From Octopus vulgaris (Eukaryota), in contig OX597820.1 in assembly GCA_951406725.2 (NCBI GenBank), positions 97,030,001-97,094,000 of the forward strand: a stretch of 64,000 nt of DNA. Direction: 5' to 3'. How positions within the stretch are numbered: the stretch's first letter is position 1; each line of letters opens with the position of its first letter. Made by a program: the position numbers and the translations under genes. The notes under the pieces are model-generated. The model ran no database searches. It was not told the origin of the DNA and saw only the letters and a program-made list of their open reading frames with translations. This document shows positions 12,445 through 26,080 of this stretch, piece after piece.

Positions 12445-13139
12445 CTTTTTTTTTTTTTTTGCACCATTTTCAAGCCTAGCCAGGCTCATGGGCCCGGTTT
12501 CTGTAGTGTATGTGTTCCCTGTTGCTGTTAAGCGAACGGTCTTCGTCCCAGAGCTCACCAGATGGGAGAAGTCCAAAACATGGTTCTTTGCTAGTCGTAA
12601 GACCCGCAGAAGAGAAAGCAGGTCAACCCCCGACACTGAGAGCATCGACAGATGGATGAATGCGTTTCCAGGCTCAGCGGTTGCGTAGTAAGTCGGGGAC
12701 AAGAAACAGGAAAAAAGAGTGAGAGAAAGTTGGGATGAAAGAGTACAACAGGGGTCACCATCACCCCCTGCCGGAGGATCGTGGAGCTTTAGGTGTTTTC
12801 GCTCAATAAACACACACAACGCCCGGTTTGGGTATCTAAACTGCGATCCTCCGCCCGCGAGTCCACTGCCCTAACCACTGGGCCATTGCGCCTCCACTAT
12901 GTGTTCCCCCCAGCTGGATGGGATGCCAGTCCATCGCAGCACTACCCAAGAAACAAGAAGAAAGAGTGAAAGTTGGGACGACAGAGCACAACAGTGGTTG
13001 CCACCACCCCCTGCCGGAGCCTCATGGAGCTTTAGGTGTTTGCACTCAATAAACACACACAACGCCCGGTCTGGGAATCGAAACCGCAATCCTCCGACTG
13101 CGAGTCCGCTGCCCTAACCACTGGGCCATTGCCCCTCCA
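12445..13139 (-). mobile_element. tRNA-SINE group 3 (poly-A tail) carrying a nested SINE
   Basis: 13-bp TSD ttattaataaaat at 12432-12444 and 13140-13152; head ggaggggcaatggcccagtggttagggcagcggactcgc. Confidence 0.85.
12520..12897 (-). mobile_element. Nested tRNA-SINE group 3 variant (same head, different tail)
   Basis: 11-bp TSD tatgtgttccc at 12509-12519 and 12898-12908; matches the copy at 39531-39902. Confidence 0.85.
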
Positions 13140-13319
13140 TTATTAATAAAATTACATTTTTTAAACAATTAAACTCATCTTTACAATGTCATATATAAAT
13201 GCTGAATATCTTTCCTTTCTAAAGACAAAGTTAATAATCTAAAAGATTATAAATGTTTACAATTACACTGTGTATTTTCCTCTCCTGCATTTCATAAACT
13301 TTTAAAAAAAAAAATAAAT

Positions 13320-13742
13320 AATAATGAAATTATTGTATACAGTGCTCAGGTGCACCACAACTTGTCAGAAAGTGCATATAAAGTACATGCAGTAATGTAG
13401 AAATGTCTGGAAAGTGAACATGCTTGTGTGTGTATGGGGGGAGAAAATCAAGTGTAGTGTTGGCGAATCTCAGGAAGCATGGAAGTCTTGAAGGATGCAG
13501 TGCTCCGACAACTAACAACCGATGCCGGCAGTTTGTTCCACACTTTCAGCAACTCTCAGCGTGAAAAAATGTTTCCTGAAGTCATGGGAGCTGTGCTGTT
13601 TTCTTACTTTGTAAATATGTCCACGGGTGTTAGATGGGTGGAGTTTGAAGAGGTGCTCAGTGTTATTGTTTGTGCGATGGTTGATAATTTTATGGGTGTC
13701 TGCCAGGTCAGCTGCCAGACGTCGGAGTTTCAATGTGTCCGC
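13320..13742 (-). mobile_element. CR1-clade LINE 3' end (second subfamily)
   Basis: LKLRRLAADL...TRGHIYKVRKQHSSHDFRKHFFTLRVAE. Confidence 0.85.
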
Positions 13743-15124
13743 GTTTTAAAAACTTCAAGACAGTAGCACAAAGGGAGATAACTATATATGATTCAAATAT
13801 TCCCCCCACACTTGTTGCATTATAAATTCTGAAGATGAAGGATGAAGACATCAAGAATCCCAGCAGAATTTGAACACAGAACAAAGAATACTTCAATGAA
13901 TTTAGTGTGATACTTAACTATTTCCGCTAATTCAATAGTAGAGCATCAACACTTATTTTGTGTTAATAACTGTATAGAAATACCAGCACTTCTGTAAATA
14001 TTCTTAGTCTTCTAACATATCTTCAAGTTTCATTTTAATTTAGCAGATCATTTTTCAACAGAATATAAATCTCATTGATTTCTCAAAGTTTATAAATTCT
14101 TATGGCATCAACAACACACAATTCTCACTGGTTTCTACAATGGATAAAGAATTTCAAAGATTCCTGTAGGATTCCTGTTACATTTACAGGCGGTATGGGC
14201 TTGTAATTCATAGGCAATTTTTGACGTTTTCAATCCAATATTTTCATGCTATATTTATAGCTTCATATGCTTTGAGATCTGCCGTTCCAGAAAAAAGAAT
14301 TATAAACCTCACAGTTCTTGTATCATTTCATAGATCCTAAAACAATTAGAATTTTCCTTGCAATTTTCCAAGATTGCTGTATTTGATATTAAGAGGACAA
14401 AAATAAAAGAAAAATAAATTATTAAAAAAAACTAATAATCTTTAAAAATTTGATTTTATTTTTCTTCTCGTCTTAATTGGAAACTAAAAACTGAAGTAAA
14501 AGATTACAAAAAAAAAAAGTAATAATAATCATTACATTTTAAATGAATATCATAAACTTTCTTAGAAAAAAATAAATAAAAAATTCCACCCTCAAAAGAA
14601 AAAAAATCTAAATCATGTAATTAACAGCCAAATTTTTACATGGATTTTTAAATTTTTTCTTCGTTTATTTTTGTTGCATAGCTCATCTAAAGTCTTTGCA
14701 TTTAACATGATTTGTTAAAGATATTGGCTTTTAATCATTTTGACAATGTTGACCATACAAAAAGAAGAATAAGAAAAAAGAAAAAAAAAATAAGCCACAA
14801 AATCAACATAACGGTGGAAATATATTTTTTCAATAACAATTAGTTAACTAATTATTTACTTAATTAAAAGGACAGTTGGATGACAGTGGTCTATTCTGTT
14901 TCTTAATAACAAGTCTTTTGTCTATCTCAATAAAACCTCTGATTAACTTCTTTGTCTTTTTTTTTTCTTTGTTGTTGTTGTAGTAACATCAGGCATACCC
15001 GAGGATTCATTCAATGATTAAAATCAGAATAAAAGAATCCACACCACGCCACACCACCAAGCCCTGCTCAAAGGCACCATGGAATTAAAAAAGAATTAGA
15101 ACTAAAAAGCAGTATCAAAATACT

Positions 15125-15237
15125 ATTTTATATATGTATATATATATATACATATATATATATATACATACATATATATATACATACATATATATATACA
15201 TACATATATATATATATATATACATATACACATATAC

Positions 15238-15283
<46 letters not shown>

Positions 15284-15582
15284 AATGTCTTCTCACACAC
15301 ATATTTTACTGTGTGAGATGCAGCAGGTATCAATATTCATGAATTAAGATTTTTATTTTTATTTTCTTTTATTACCTTTTTTTTTTTTTGCAAGTTCATT
15401 ACACATGATGATGTAGCGAACTTCATTCGAAGTTATCTAAGTAAATAAATCATTCCTTTCTTTTATTCTTCTTTTTCTCGTTGGTGGCAATTTTGGTTAT
15501 TTTGGAATGCCAGCTTCCATAAGATAAATGCTTCAACCAATGCACACACACATACATATATATATACATGCATATATATACA

Positions 15583-15620
<38 letters not shown>

Positions 15621-15815
15621 CATGCATACACATATATATAAATACTTATATACATATACATACACATATATATAAATACTTATATACATATACATACAAG
15701 TATATATATATATACACACATATATATATATAAACATACACACATATATACATACATATATATATAAACACAAACACACAAATATACATACACTCACACA
15801 TACAAATATATATGC

Positions 15816-15861
<46 letters not shown>

Positions 15862-15915
15862 TATATATATATATAGACACACATTTATACATACATATGC
15901 ATACACACACATTCA
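15125..15915. repeat. Long compound (TA)n/(CA)n microsatellite field downstream of the MKK stop
   Basis: Two blocks, 15125-15280 and 15540-15915. Confidence 0.9.
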
Positions 15916-16360
15916 CACAAAACATAAATACAGAAATGCAATTGCCCCATGATAGACTGGTACTCACTTTTACTTAATATGTTTTAAGTAGAAAAATGAA
16001 TATAAAATGTGAAGCTATAACAACTAACACGAGGCAATTGTTTTAGTCTAAAACACAGATCTCAGGTCAACGCATTTGCCAAGCAAGTGCAACTGAAGAA
16101 TACATACACACACATACATACACACACACACACACAATGTATTTATATATAAGAACATTGTACGTGCATAAGCATCCATAACCTTGCACACACACACACA
16201 TACACACACACACATATATGCTTATATACCAACACATGTAAAAAGTTTATGATGTTTCATAATAGATGCCAAATCAATTAGATTAGTAGTTGAACAAAGA
16301 ATAACAAAGTAGTTTTACAGTTTCTTCTTTCCTCTTCATCTGTAAACTATGCAAAGCATT

Positions 16361-16502
16361 TTAGCCTTCCCAGCCAGTGTATTTGTCCAAGACAGATGAA
16401 ATGTACTTTGCCATGTCAACATCTAAAGTATCTGCTCGTACAATAAAAGGGTGCTCCAACAGTGTGCCATAATAAGGTCGCTCTTTGTATTCCTTTTGAA
16501 GA
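16361..16502 (-). CDS. MAP2K6: MKK3/6 last coding exon: (C)LQKEYKERPYYGTLLEHPFIVRADTLDVDMAKYISSVLDKYTGWEG*
   Basis: ctctatttcag acceptor; its first base completes TG+T=Cys. Contains subdomain XI (ERP), HPF and a DVD-like C-terminus. TAA at 16363-16361. Confidence 0.93.
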
Positions 16503-16782
16503 CTGAAATAGAGAAAGGAGAATGAGATAAATACATTGGATTAATCTCGTTTTATGTGACATCTGACTCCCTCTCTCTCTTTCGGAGAGGCACTGAGCAG
16601 CTATACGCAAACATACACACACGGCAGTAACTTCCACCTACCGAATTCAATCACAAAGCTTCGGTCAACTCGGGGCTATAGCGGAAGACACCTGCCCAAA
16701 GTGCCACACAGTGGGACTGAACCCGAAACCATGTAGCTAGGAAGCAAGCTCCCTAGACTGAGCCATAATTGTGACGTTAAAA

Positions 16783-17300
16783 TAATAATAATAATAAACA
16801 TTGTGTACAGTGCTCAGGTGCACTACAACTCATCTAAAGTGCATATATAATCAGGTGTAGTTTTGACGGATTTCGGAAAGCATGAGGGCCTTAAAGGATG
16901 CAGTGTCATGGCAGTCAACAACTGACGCAGGCAGTTTATTCCATGCTTCAGCAACTCTGAGCGTGAAGAAATGTTTCCGAAAGTCATGGGAGCTGTGTTG
17001 TTTTCTGACTTTGTAGGCATGTCCACGTGTGTTAGACACATGGAGATCAAAAAGGTGTTCAGTGTTGTTATTGGTGAGGTGGTTGACAACTTTGTGGGCG
17101 TTTACCAAGTCCGTCGCCAGACGCCGGAGCTTCAGTGAATCCATGCCCAGGGAAACAAGGCGCTCAGAATATGGTAGGTGTCTGATGGAGGGTATGCGTT
17201 TGGTTTGCACGTCTCTGAACCGATTCCAGGAGGTCAATATTCTGAGCAAGATAGGGGTTCCAAACTGATGATGCGAATTCCAAAAGCTTGCTTCCGAACT
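16783..17300 (-). mobile_element. CR1-clade LINE 3' fragment (end of RT ORF) in the last intron
   Basis: KRIPSIRHLPYSERLVSLGMDSLKLRRL...TRGHAYKVRK...FFTLRVAEAWNKLP; (ATT)n tail. Confidence 0.88.
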
Positions 17301-17948
17301 ATGTAGCTTCAGCCACACTGAGTAATAACATGGACAATTGTCCCTTTTATAGATCTGGAGTGACAAAGCCTTGCAAGTAGATTTGGTAGATGGAAACTGA
17401 AGGAATCCTATCATATAAGCAATGCGGTTTGATTTCAGTCTTCCTGGAAAAACATGTCTAGCCAAAGTAAAAAAAAATATTACTTTGCTTGGAAACAGAT
17501 ATGGGTTGATGACAGGAAGTGCATCCAGACACAGAAAATTGACCCCAACAGATTCCACCTGACCCATGCAAGCATGGAAAATTGGATGTTAAAACAATGG
17601 TGGTGATGATACTGCAAATAATTTTCAGATCATTTCCATTATAACCTGCCCAAAACCTACCTGGGTAATCTTCACCCCTTGAGTCCACCAGAATGCCATG
17701 CCTAACATAAAATTACCTCCAATTTTTTTTAGTACCACAACCTGCTTAATGATGAACCATATTTTATGCAACCCCCTTTTCAAAAAAGGCCACCCATGCC
17801 TACTCTATAGCCATGCACAGTTTATATTACTTCATGTTTAGTGTATTTTGGTGGCAGTCTTAATTCTTGTTTTTTTTTACTGTTTCTGATAGTTTAAAAA
17901 AATATTTTTTTTAAGAAAATGCAGTGCAAAATAACATATTTTACAATA

Positions 17949-18358
17949 GGCACAGGAGTGGCTGTGTGGTAAGTAGCTTCCTAACCAACCACATGGTTCT
18001 GGGTTTAGTCCCACTGCGTGGCATCTTGGGCAAGTGTCTTCTGCTATAGCCCCGGGCCGACCAATGCCTTGTGAGTGGATTTGGTAACGGAAACTGAAAG
18101 AAGCCTGTCGTATATATGTGTATATATATATGTATGTGTGTGTATATGTTTGTGTGTCTGTGTTTGTCCCCCTAGCATTGCTTGACAACCGATGCTGACG
18201 TGTTTACGTCCCCGTCACTTAGCGGTTCAGCAAAAGAGACCGATAGAATAAGTACTGGGCTTACAAAGAATAAGTCCCGGGGTCAATTTGCTCGACTTAA
18301 GGCAGTGCTCCAGCATGGCCGCAGTCAAATGACTGAAACAAGTAAAAGAGTAAGAGTA
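17949..18358 (+). mobile_element. tRNA-SINE family 1 copy
   Basis: Full length, opposite orientation to 3713-4092. Confidence 0.9.
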
Positions 18359-18748
18359 ATCATCATTTATCCTTTTCTCATATATAAAAAAAAAATCTGA
18401 AAATTTTTCAGCAACTTAAACATTGTTCAGATGATTTACGTCAAGACACATTCTTTGTCTTGTGCTCACATGCCTTCTTTTTAAAAAAATCTTTGTTCTA
18501 TAACATGTAAGTTTCAAGGTCATAGAAAAATTTAGTGTATCATATTTAGTTTAGTTTTTTTTAATTATTCCATTTTGTTCCTCTGTTTGTCTTTTACTTT
18601 ATCATGTGCAAATCTTTAATATTTCTGTGTTTGTTTCACTCCTTCAAAGATATATGAAATACGTGACCCTTTAGAACAATATTTGATCCTCTCCCAACAG
18701 CCAGTAGTTAACCAATATATTCCAATATCATCTTGATTAACAACTTAC

Positions 18749-18885
18749 CATTTCACAATAAAATCTTCAAACTCTTTGGAAAATGTGCCTGGTGGTAAAG
18801 TTGGTGGGTTACCCATGACAACTTCCCTAAGTTGTTGGAAAGGGTTACCACAGCCATAAGGAAATCTACCTGTAGCCAATTCAAT
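18749..18885 (-). CDS. MAP2K6: MKK3/6 exon: IELATGRFPYGCGNPFQQLREVVMGNPPTLPPGTFSKEFEDFIVK(C)
   Basis: ttttcag acceptor and gtaagt donor; 137 nt, phase 2 out. Confidence 0.95.
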
Positions 18886-19224
18886 CTGAAAAACACAAAA
18901 CACATATTGACTGTTTATTAAAATGCTTCTTTTAGAATAATTATATGACTTGCATGTTTTACACAAGTTAATGATATACCAGCCAAAGAAAAAAAGAATT
19001 TAAAACTTTCATTTCCTATTATTCTTTTTTTAAACTGAATCCTGTCTATAATGTCACAATTCACTTGGCCATGGCAAATCTGTTTTATGACTTATTACTA
19101 AAATAATTTTGATTTTGTGTTTACATTATCACTTCACTTTGTGAAAGTGGATGATCAAAGAATAGTGAGTCAATTTCCAGATATCTATCAACTGGAAATG
19201 CTTTGAGTGTGCACTCAGAACATT

Positions 19225-19417
19225 CGTGACCATGTGTGTACCGTTGGCGATTTTTTTTCCTCTGTCTTCCCTTCTCTGGACCTTTCCTTCTCCTATGTTT
19301 CTGACGAAGAGCTCCGCTCGAAACATTAAACCCTCCTTCTTTCCTGAGCATCCAATAATACTGTATTTGTTCCACGTCTTCACGTTGTTGTGTTTTTTTG
19401 TGCTTTCTTGTTTGGAT

Positions 19418-19422
<5 letters not shown>
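19225..19422 (+). mobile_element. Penelope-like terminal-repeat remnant with minimal hammerhead motif
   Basis: gttt-CTGACGA-a-gagc-tcc-gctc-GAAAC-att-aaac at about 19297-19332; the element ends in (TA)n. Confidence 0.6.
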
Positions 19423-19458
<36 letters not shown>

Positions 19459-20837
19459 TTATACAAATTATTTAGTTATATAAAGTTATAACCTTAAATA
19501 TATGAATATAAAACCATAACTTTTACTTTATCTCAGACTAATAAAATAGTTTCTAATTTAGGTACAAAGTCAGCAATTTGTGGGGAGGGGCTAACTCGAT
19601 ATCATCAACCCCAATACTTAACAGGTACTTCATTTTATCAACTCAGAAAGGAATTGAAGACAAAGTTGACCTTAGAAGGATTTAAACCTTAGAAGGAATG
19701 GAGAAAAACCAGAAGAAATACTGCATGGTATTATTGGCACTCTAACAGTTCTGCCAGCTTGCAGTGTTTTATAATATTAAATAAATAGGCGCAGGCAGGG
19801 TTGCATGGTTAAGTTCATTTCCCAACCATGAGGTTCACAACCATGTGATCCCATTTCATGGTGTCTCTACCTTAGCTTCAGATTTACTTATGCTTGAGGG
19901 AAATTTGAAAACCAGAAACAGCGTGACAGCCCATTACAGGTAAGTGTGTGTATATGCACTGGTAAAGGGTTGCTATGTTTTAATATGGATAAATCATATA
20001 AATTGAACATTATATGGTATTTATCATGTACAAGTTAAATCCCTTTATGCACAGGAAGAATTACCTGTTTCACGTACAGAAATTAATGAAATGAACCCCA
20101 GTATTTTGCAGATATAATTTCACTAAAAGCTCTAAAAGAGGTGCCCCCAGCATGGTTGCAGTCCAACGACTGAAACCAGCAACAATAACAGTATCTCTTA
20201 TCTTTTGTTTCAGTCATTAGCTACTTTTTATCAGTCTCCTTCACTGAACCACTAGGTTGCAGGGATGTAAACACACCAACACTGGTTGTCAAGTAGTGGT
20301 AGGAGACAAACACATCATCATCATTCATCATTGTTCGACCGTGGTCGAGACAATGGAATTTACCATGCTACGCCAGACTTCACGGTCCATCATAGCATTA
20401 CGGAGGTCCTGTTGCTGGATGCCTGTATCCCTGGAGATTACATCAGGGTAGGACAAACACATGCACAAATATACGACGAGCTTCTTTATTTCCATTTGCC
20501 AAATCTATTCACAAGGTTTTGGCTGGCTCAAGACTATAAGGGGAAGACGCACTTGCCCAAGGTGCGATGCAGTGAGACTGAATCTAGAATAATGTGGTTG
20601 AGAAGGAAGCTTCTTATCACACAGCCACACCTATAATTAACTTTTGATATCAACAATTAGTAATAATTGCAATTATACATTATTGGGTAAATAACCATGT
20701 TATTTTCAGGGATAAGACATAGATGAGAATTGTAATACTCTTGTGATTTTCAGAGACATTTGTGAACTGGAATGGCTCTGAATGAAGAATTCAGAAAAAT
20801 CAAAAAGACTCCATTCAATAGAAGCATATTTTGCGAA

Positions 20838-21210
20838 AATGGCACGTAAAAACCAGCAACCGATCGTGGCCGTTGCCAGCCTCCCCTGGCACCTGTACCG
20901 GTGGCACGTAAAAAGCACCATCTGTACGTGGCCAATGCCAGTGCCACCTTGATTGGCTTCCATGCCAGTGGCACATAAAAACCAGCAACCGATCGTGGCC
21001 GTTGCCAGCCTCCCCTGACACCTGTGCCGGTGGCACATAAAAAGCACCCACTACACTCACGGAGTGGTTGACGTCAGGAATGGCATCCAGCTGTAGAAAC
21101 ACTGCCAGATCAGACTGGAGCCTGGTGCAGCCTCCTGGCTTCCCAGACCCTGGTCGAAACGTCCAACCCATGCTAGCATGGAAAACGGACGTTAAACGAT
21201 GATGATGATG
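20838..21210 (+). mobile_element. RTE LINE 3' UTR with internal tandem units
   Basis: Repeated ggtggcacgtaaaaagcacc units; (GAT)n tail. Confidence 0.75.
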
Positions 21211-22019
21211 TCTAACAAAGGTGCAAGACCATGCAATTAAGGGCAAAGGGACATAGTAAATAATAATGTTCCCAATACCCAACTGTTATTATACTGCCTG
21301 GAGGGGTGAAAAGCCAAGTTGACCTCAGTGCTATTTGATCTCCAAATGCCAAGGGAGATAACTAAGTCCTGCAAGGCATTTTGCCCATCACTCTACTGTT
21401 TCTGTCAATCTTTTGCCAAAAAGTATCAAATAATAAAAAGAGGAATCTCAAGAATACGCTAAATAAAAACAGCATTAAAAACGGAATGCTAATTCTTTCA
21501 TAATCATAGATTCCATAATGCTGATACTTAACTGTAGTTTTTATGGTTCTTAGCAGTTGAAGAGGAAAATGCCCTCTATGCCAGCTTATAATCAATAAAC
21601 TTCTCCAGGTGTGGCTGTGTAGTAAAAAGTTTCCCAACCACACAATTCTGGGTTCAGTCCCACTGCATGGCACCTTGAGCAAGTGTCTTCTACTATAGCT
21701 CCGAGCTGACCAAAACCTCGAGTGGATTTGGTAGACAGAAACTGAAAGGAGCCTGTAGTATGTATATACATATGTATATGTGTGTGAATATGTATGTGAC
21801 ATTGTGATGGTTGTAAATAATTGTCCACGTCATACAAGCAGCATAATTTCATTTCCAATATTCTGTGAGGCCATTTCTGGCGACAAGGAAAAATTACCTT
21901 GCTTGGAAACAGTTGTGGATTGGTGAAAGGAAGGGCATCTGCAGTAGAAAATCTACCTCAATAAGCTCTTCTAATCCATGCAGGCATGGAAAAGCAGACG
22001 TTAAAATAATAGTGATTGT

Positions 22020-22446
22020 GATACCTTTCCTTCTTGGGACACAAAACTCTACTAGTGAAGACCTGTTGAGGCAAGTGAAAATTGAAATCGAAATCGATCA
22101 ACATCAATGGAAATTGCAGCTGTGATACCAGTGCCGGTGGTACGTAAGAGAACCATCTGAACGTGGCCGTTGCCAGCGCCGCCCCGACTGGCCTCATGCC
22201 GGTGGCACGTAAAAACCACCATCCGATCGTGGCCGTCTCCCAGCCTCGTCTGGCACCTGTGCCAGTGGCACGTAAAAAGCACCCACTACACTCACGGAGT
22301 GGTTGGCATTAGGAAGGGCATCCAGCCGTAGAAACATTGCCAGATCAGACTGGGCCTGGTGCAGCCTTCTGGCTTCCCAGACCCCAGTTGAACTGTCCAA
22401 CCCATGCTAGCATGGAAAGCGGATGCTAAACGAAGATGATGATGAT
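22020..22446 (+). mobile_element. RTE LINE 3' UTR copy
   Basis: Same internal units and (GAT)n tail. Confidence 0.75.
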
Positions 22447-22889
22447 ATAAACTAAAACACACTTTATATTTAGGTAAACCAAATAGAGATTTAATATGGA
22501 CAGTAGTCTAGTGTCTTTGACAATATAGCTTTCAGGTGATATTACTTGCAACATTTTCTATTTAACTAGACCCATCAAGCGGAGTAAAATTACAGCCATG
22601 GCAGATATCATCGTCACACAAATGACACCTGCACTGGTGGCATATAAAAGCACCCATTACACTCTTGGAGTGGTTGGCATTAGGAAGAGCATCAAGCTGT
22701 AGAAACACTGCCAGATCAGACTGGAGTCTGGCACAGCCTTCCAGCGTGCCAACCCAGTCAAACTGTCCAACCCATGTCAGCATGGACAACGGACGTTAAA
22801 TGATGATGATGAAACTTTAACAATAAAATTATATGGACCCCCAAGGGTCATACAGACCCCAGTTGAGAACCACTGATTTAAGGTCTTAC

Positions 22890-22967
22890 CATAGTAATTC
22901 CTAAACTCCAAACATCAGATCTTATATCATAACCTTTTCCTGAAACTGAAGGGTTGATTCTTTCAGG
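22890..22967 (-). CDS. MAP2K6: MKK3/6 exon: PERINPSVSGKGYDIRSDVWSLGITM
   Basis: tttcag acceptor and gtaaga donor; 78 nt; APE and DVWSLG motifs; translated by hand. Confidence 0.95.
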
Positions 22968-24322
22968 CTGAAATATAAAAATAGAGAAAAAAAAACAACA
23001 TACAGATTTTGTTTTTATAATGAAGAAAATAAAATAATTTTAGAGTTTTTCATAAATTAAATAGAACACTGATTTTTTTTAATGTTATTTTCTTCAGACT
23101 GTCACACAGAACCTGTACAATCCATCTCATTTGTAATAAAACATTTTAACATAATTGAAAGGGGATTCAAGTGTAATGTTCTTCTATTATTGGCATCATC
23201 ATCATTTAATGTCCAATTATTAAATACAGACATCTAAGCCTGCATCTACACTCACACAAAAAAGCTATCTGAATGATTGTCATAAAGTTGTTTGTCAATA
23301 CAATCCAACCTCAATCACAGACATGCTGTCTCCAAACTGCATTTTCTACCCCCATTACTACTATGGCTTTTGCTCCTTATAGTATATGTCGCCTCCATTC
23401 AGACATGCCTAATTCATTCATTCCTCCTCTTATCACCCACATTGTGTCTCCTCCATCCTCACACTAACCACTATACTCAGTCCTTCCTTCCCAGAATGTC
23501 ATGTCTGGAATTCACTCTCTGCTTATGTTTCTCTTGCAATTATCAAGAAGCAACTGCTTAAGAACACTGTAACTGAATTGATTCCATTGGTATTTATCAA
23601 AAACTGCATAATAATTTCTTAAAGTATGTGTTAATCCCCATGTGGGTACATGGAGTAAATAAAATCATAACATAAAGAATTAAATATAAGAAATAATAAT
23701 TTCTTAAAGTATGTGCTAATCCCCATGTACCCAGACTTTGTGGACACCCTGTACAACAAATTTATTGCTGATAAATTTTAACAATAAAATCCCATATGGA
23801 CCCCAGTTGAAAACCACTGTCATAGATGTGCTGTCTTTTGATTTTATAAGCATGTCCATAGGTAATAGAGATAACCCCCCAGGAAATTAGTGGTGGTATG
23901 TGGGATGTCGAAGAAAAAGGGTTGATAATTATGAGATAAGTTTGTGCAGAGTGATGCGAGTTGAATTTTAATATTTTAATCAGGGTGACACTTCTGACAG
24001 GCATTGTTCAAAATGGTTTAACTGATCTTCGATCAAAATACACAAACTTTTATTTTATAAATTTTATCAACAGACTCCACACAGGTACAAACATTCTTAT
24101 TACACATACAATACATATAATGCTCTAGACAGACAGACAGGCAAGTGCGCGTGCGCACACACACACACACACACACAAGAAAGTGGCAGCCCTCATCATT
24201 ATGTGCAAAGCTGGCAACAGGTAGTAAAAATGAAGTTGGAAATTCTGCAGACATGGAAATAAAAGAAGTTGATGATGGTGATAATTAAAGCAGTGATGAT
24301 GGTGGAAAAAATTTCTACTTAC

Positions 24323-24502
24323 TGCCATATATGGTCGACAACCAGCATCTCTGGTGTTAGCAAGAGAATCTACTAGGTAGCCACTGATGCCAAAATCACA
24401 TATTTTGACAAAACCCAATCTGTTAACTAAAATATTTGATGGTTTAACATCCCTGTGGATTACCTGGAGGTTCTGATGGAGGTAATGCAATGCACGTACC
24501 AC
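24323..24502 (-). CDS. MAP2K6: MKK3/6 exon: VVRALHYL...HRDVKPSN...[26 protein letters not shown]
   Basis: ttgtag acceptor and gtaagt donor; 180 nt; catalytic loop, DFG and activation loop SxxxT. Confidence 0.97.
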
Positions 24503-24669
24503 CTACAATGGAAAAATTAAATATTTAGGTAAACAACAAAATGAAAAGGAACAGAAAGTTTGTACCTATCATTCAACATTTATTTTTGCATCATATTGTT
24601 GATGGAAATTATAATGGAGGGGGGGGGCAATGAGTAGTTGTGTAGTAAAAAGTTTGCTTCCCAAATACA

Positions 24670-25205
24670 TGTGGCAGAAATTTTGGAAACGACATGCTGT
24701 ACTGCTTGGCATTTGCACCGGAAGCTCCAATATGAACAGATGGTGAATACACAGAACAACTGTTGGCTTGGCTGTCCCCAAAACATGTATCAAGAATGAT
24801 GAAAATGAAACATCCAGCCAACATCAAGGTGCTTAGAGTGATCACTAGTGATGGCGACGTTATGCATCCATTTCTCTTACCACACAGCCTCAGACTCAAC
24901 ACAGAGGCCTACATCAAGTGCCTGGAGGAGGTAGTGCTGCCCTGGTTCAAGAGGGTGGCTGCTGGAAGAGCCTATGTCTGGCAACAGGACTATGCACCAT
25001 GCCACATAAGTAGGAGAGCCCAGTCATATCAGTCTGACAATTTCTGTGACCACATCACCACTAATATCTGGTCACCTTAACCACCCCAGACTGAAACCTC
25101 CTTGATTACTATGTGTGTGGATCAGTTGAGTGAGAGACCAACAAAACTCCTTGTAACACCAAAGATGAACTGAAGGCAAGGATTATTGCAGCATTCACCA
25201 ACTTA
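24670..25205 (+). mobile_element. Decayed Tc1/mariner transposase fragment (DD37D/maT-like catalytic domain)
   Basis: KHPANIKVLRVITSDG...LNTEAYIKCLEEVVLPW...YVWQQDYAPCH...NIWSP, then a frameshifted PD..LDYYV motif. Confidence 0.85.
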
Positions 25206-26080
25206 CTTTTGGTATTGATATTATTTGGTATGTTTTACATTAATTAATACAGCTGTCAAAATTTTTGCAACAAGTGTAAAGAAATTTAATGGAATTTCTG
25301 TTAAAATTTTTATGATAGTTATATTTTTCACTAAAATTAAATGAAACTAACTTAAAAACAATTCTTTGGCTATATTCTAGCATTTAAGTTAAAAACTGGA
25401 TTTATCTAATTCTACAACCTACACTAGGGAGCTACAGGTTTAGATAACATATTTTATCCAATCCAAAAACATGTTGCAACTAGATGCTTCATTACAGAAA
25501 TGTAATGATTTTCAAAAGTTGTCACATTACATAGATAGCCATCATCTTTATGTCTCTTTCCAGCTCCACCCTGATTACTCCCACTCACTCTTATATTATG
25601 TGAGTAGTCATGTATCTCCTCTACGAGAAACCTGTTCTGCCTCCAACCACCATCTCCTCCTAGCAACCTCTTTCTCTACTGCTGTACCACTCAGCTGAAG
25701 AAGATCTTAGTCTGTGAGTTAGTGGTGCCATGAAAAAAGCATTAGTCCACTCTGTAAAGTAGTGGTTGGTGATAGGAAAGGTATTCAGCTGAAGAAACCA
25801 TGCCAAAGCAGATACTCCAGTCTCTGCTTTAGATCACAAATGCTGCTCTTGGACCTGTTGAATCTTATCAAACCATCTGAGCCATGCCATTCCCATTAAG
25901 ACAATGATAATGATACAGGAATATACATACACACGCACCTACTACTTGCGTAACCCACTTTGGATCACCTACTATTAACATCCAACATTCACTCTCACCA
26001 TTTTATTCCTGAAAACTGAACTTTGACAGAAGCTTCTAGAGCAAAGGAAGTCTCAAACAGAAATATATAAATGTACTTAC

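Noticed and set aside
15115-15912. Long Y/I/V/C-rich ORFs
   Set aside because: They are translations of (TA)n/(CA)n microsatellites.
13140-16360. Polyadenylation site of the MKK gene
   Set aside because: Many AATAAA candidates in AT-rich DNA; none can be chosen without transcript data.
16851-17567. 238-aa ORF, the longest in the track
   Set aside because: Chance read-through from a SINE into a CR1 LINE fragment; not a host gene.
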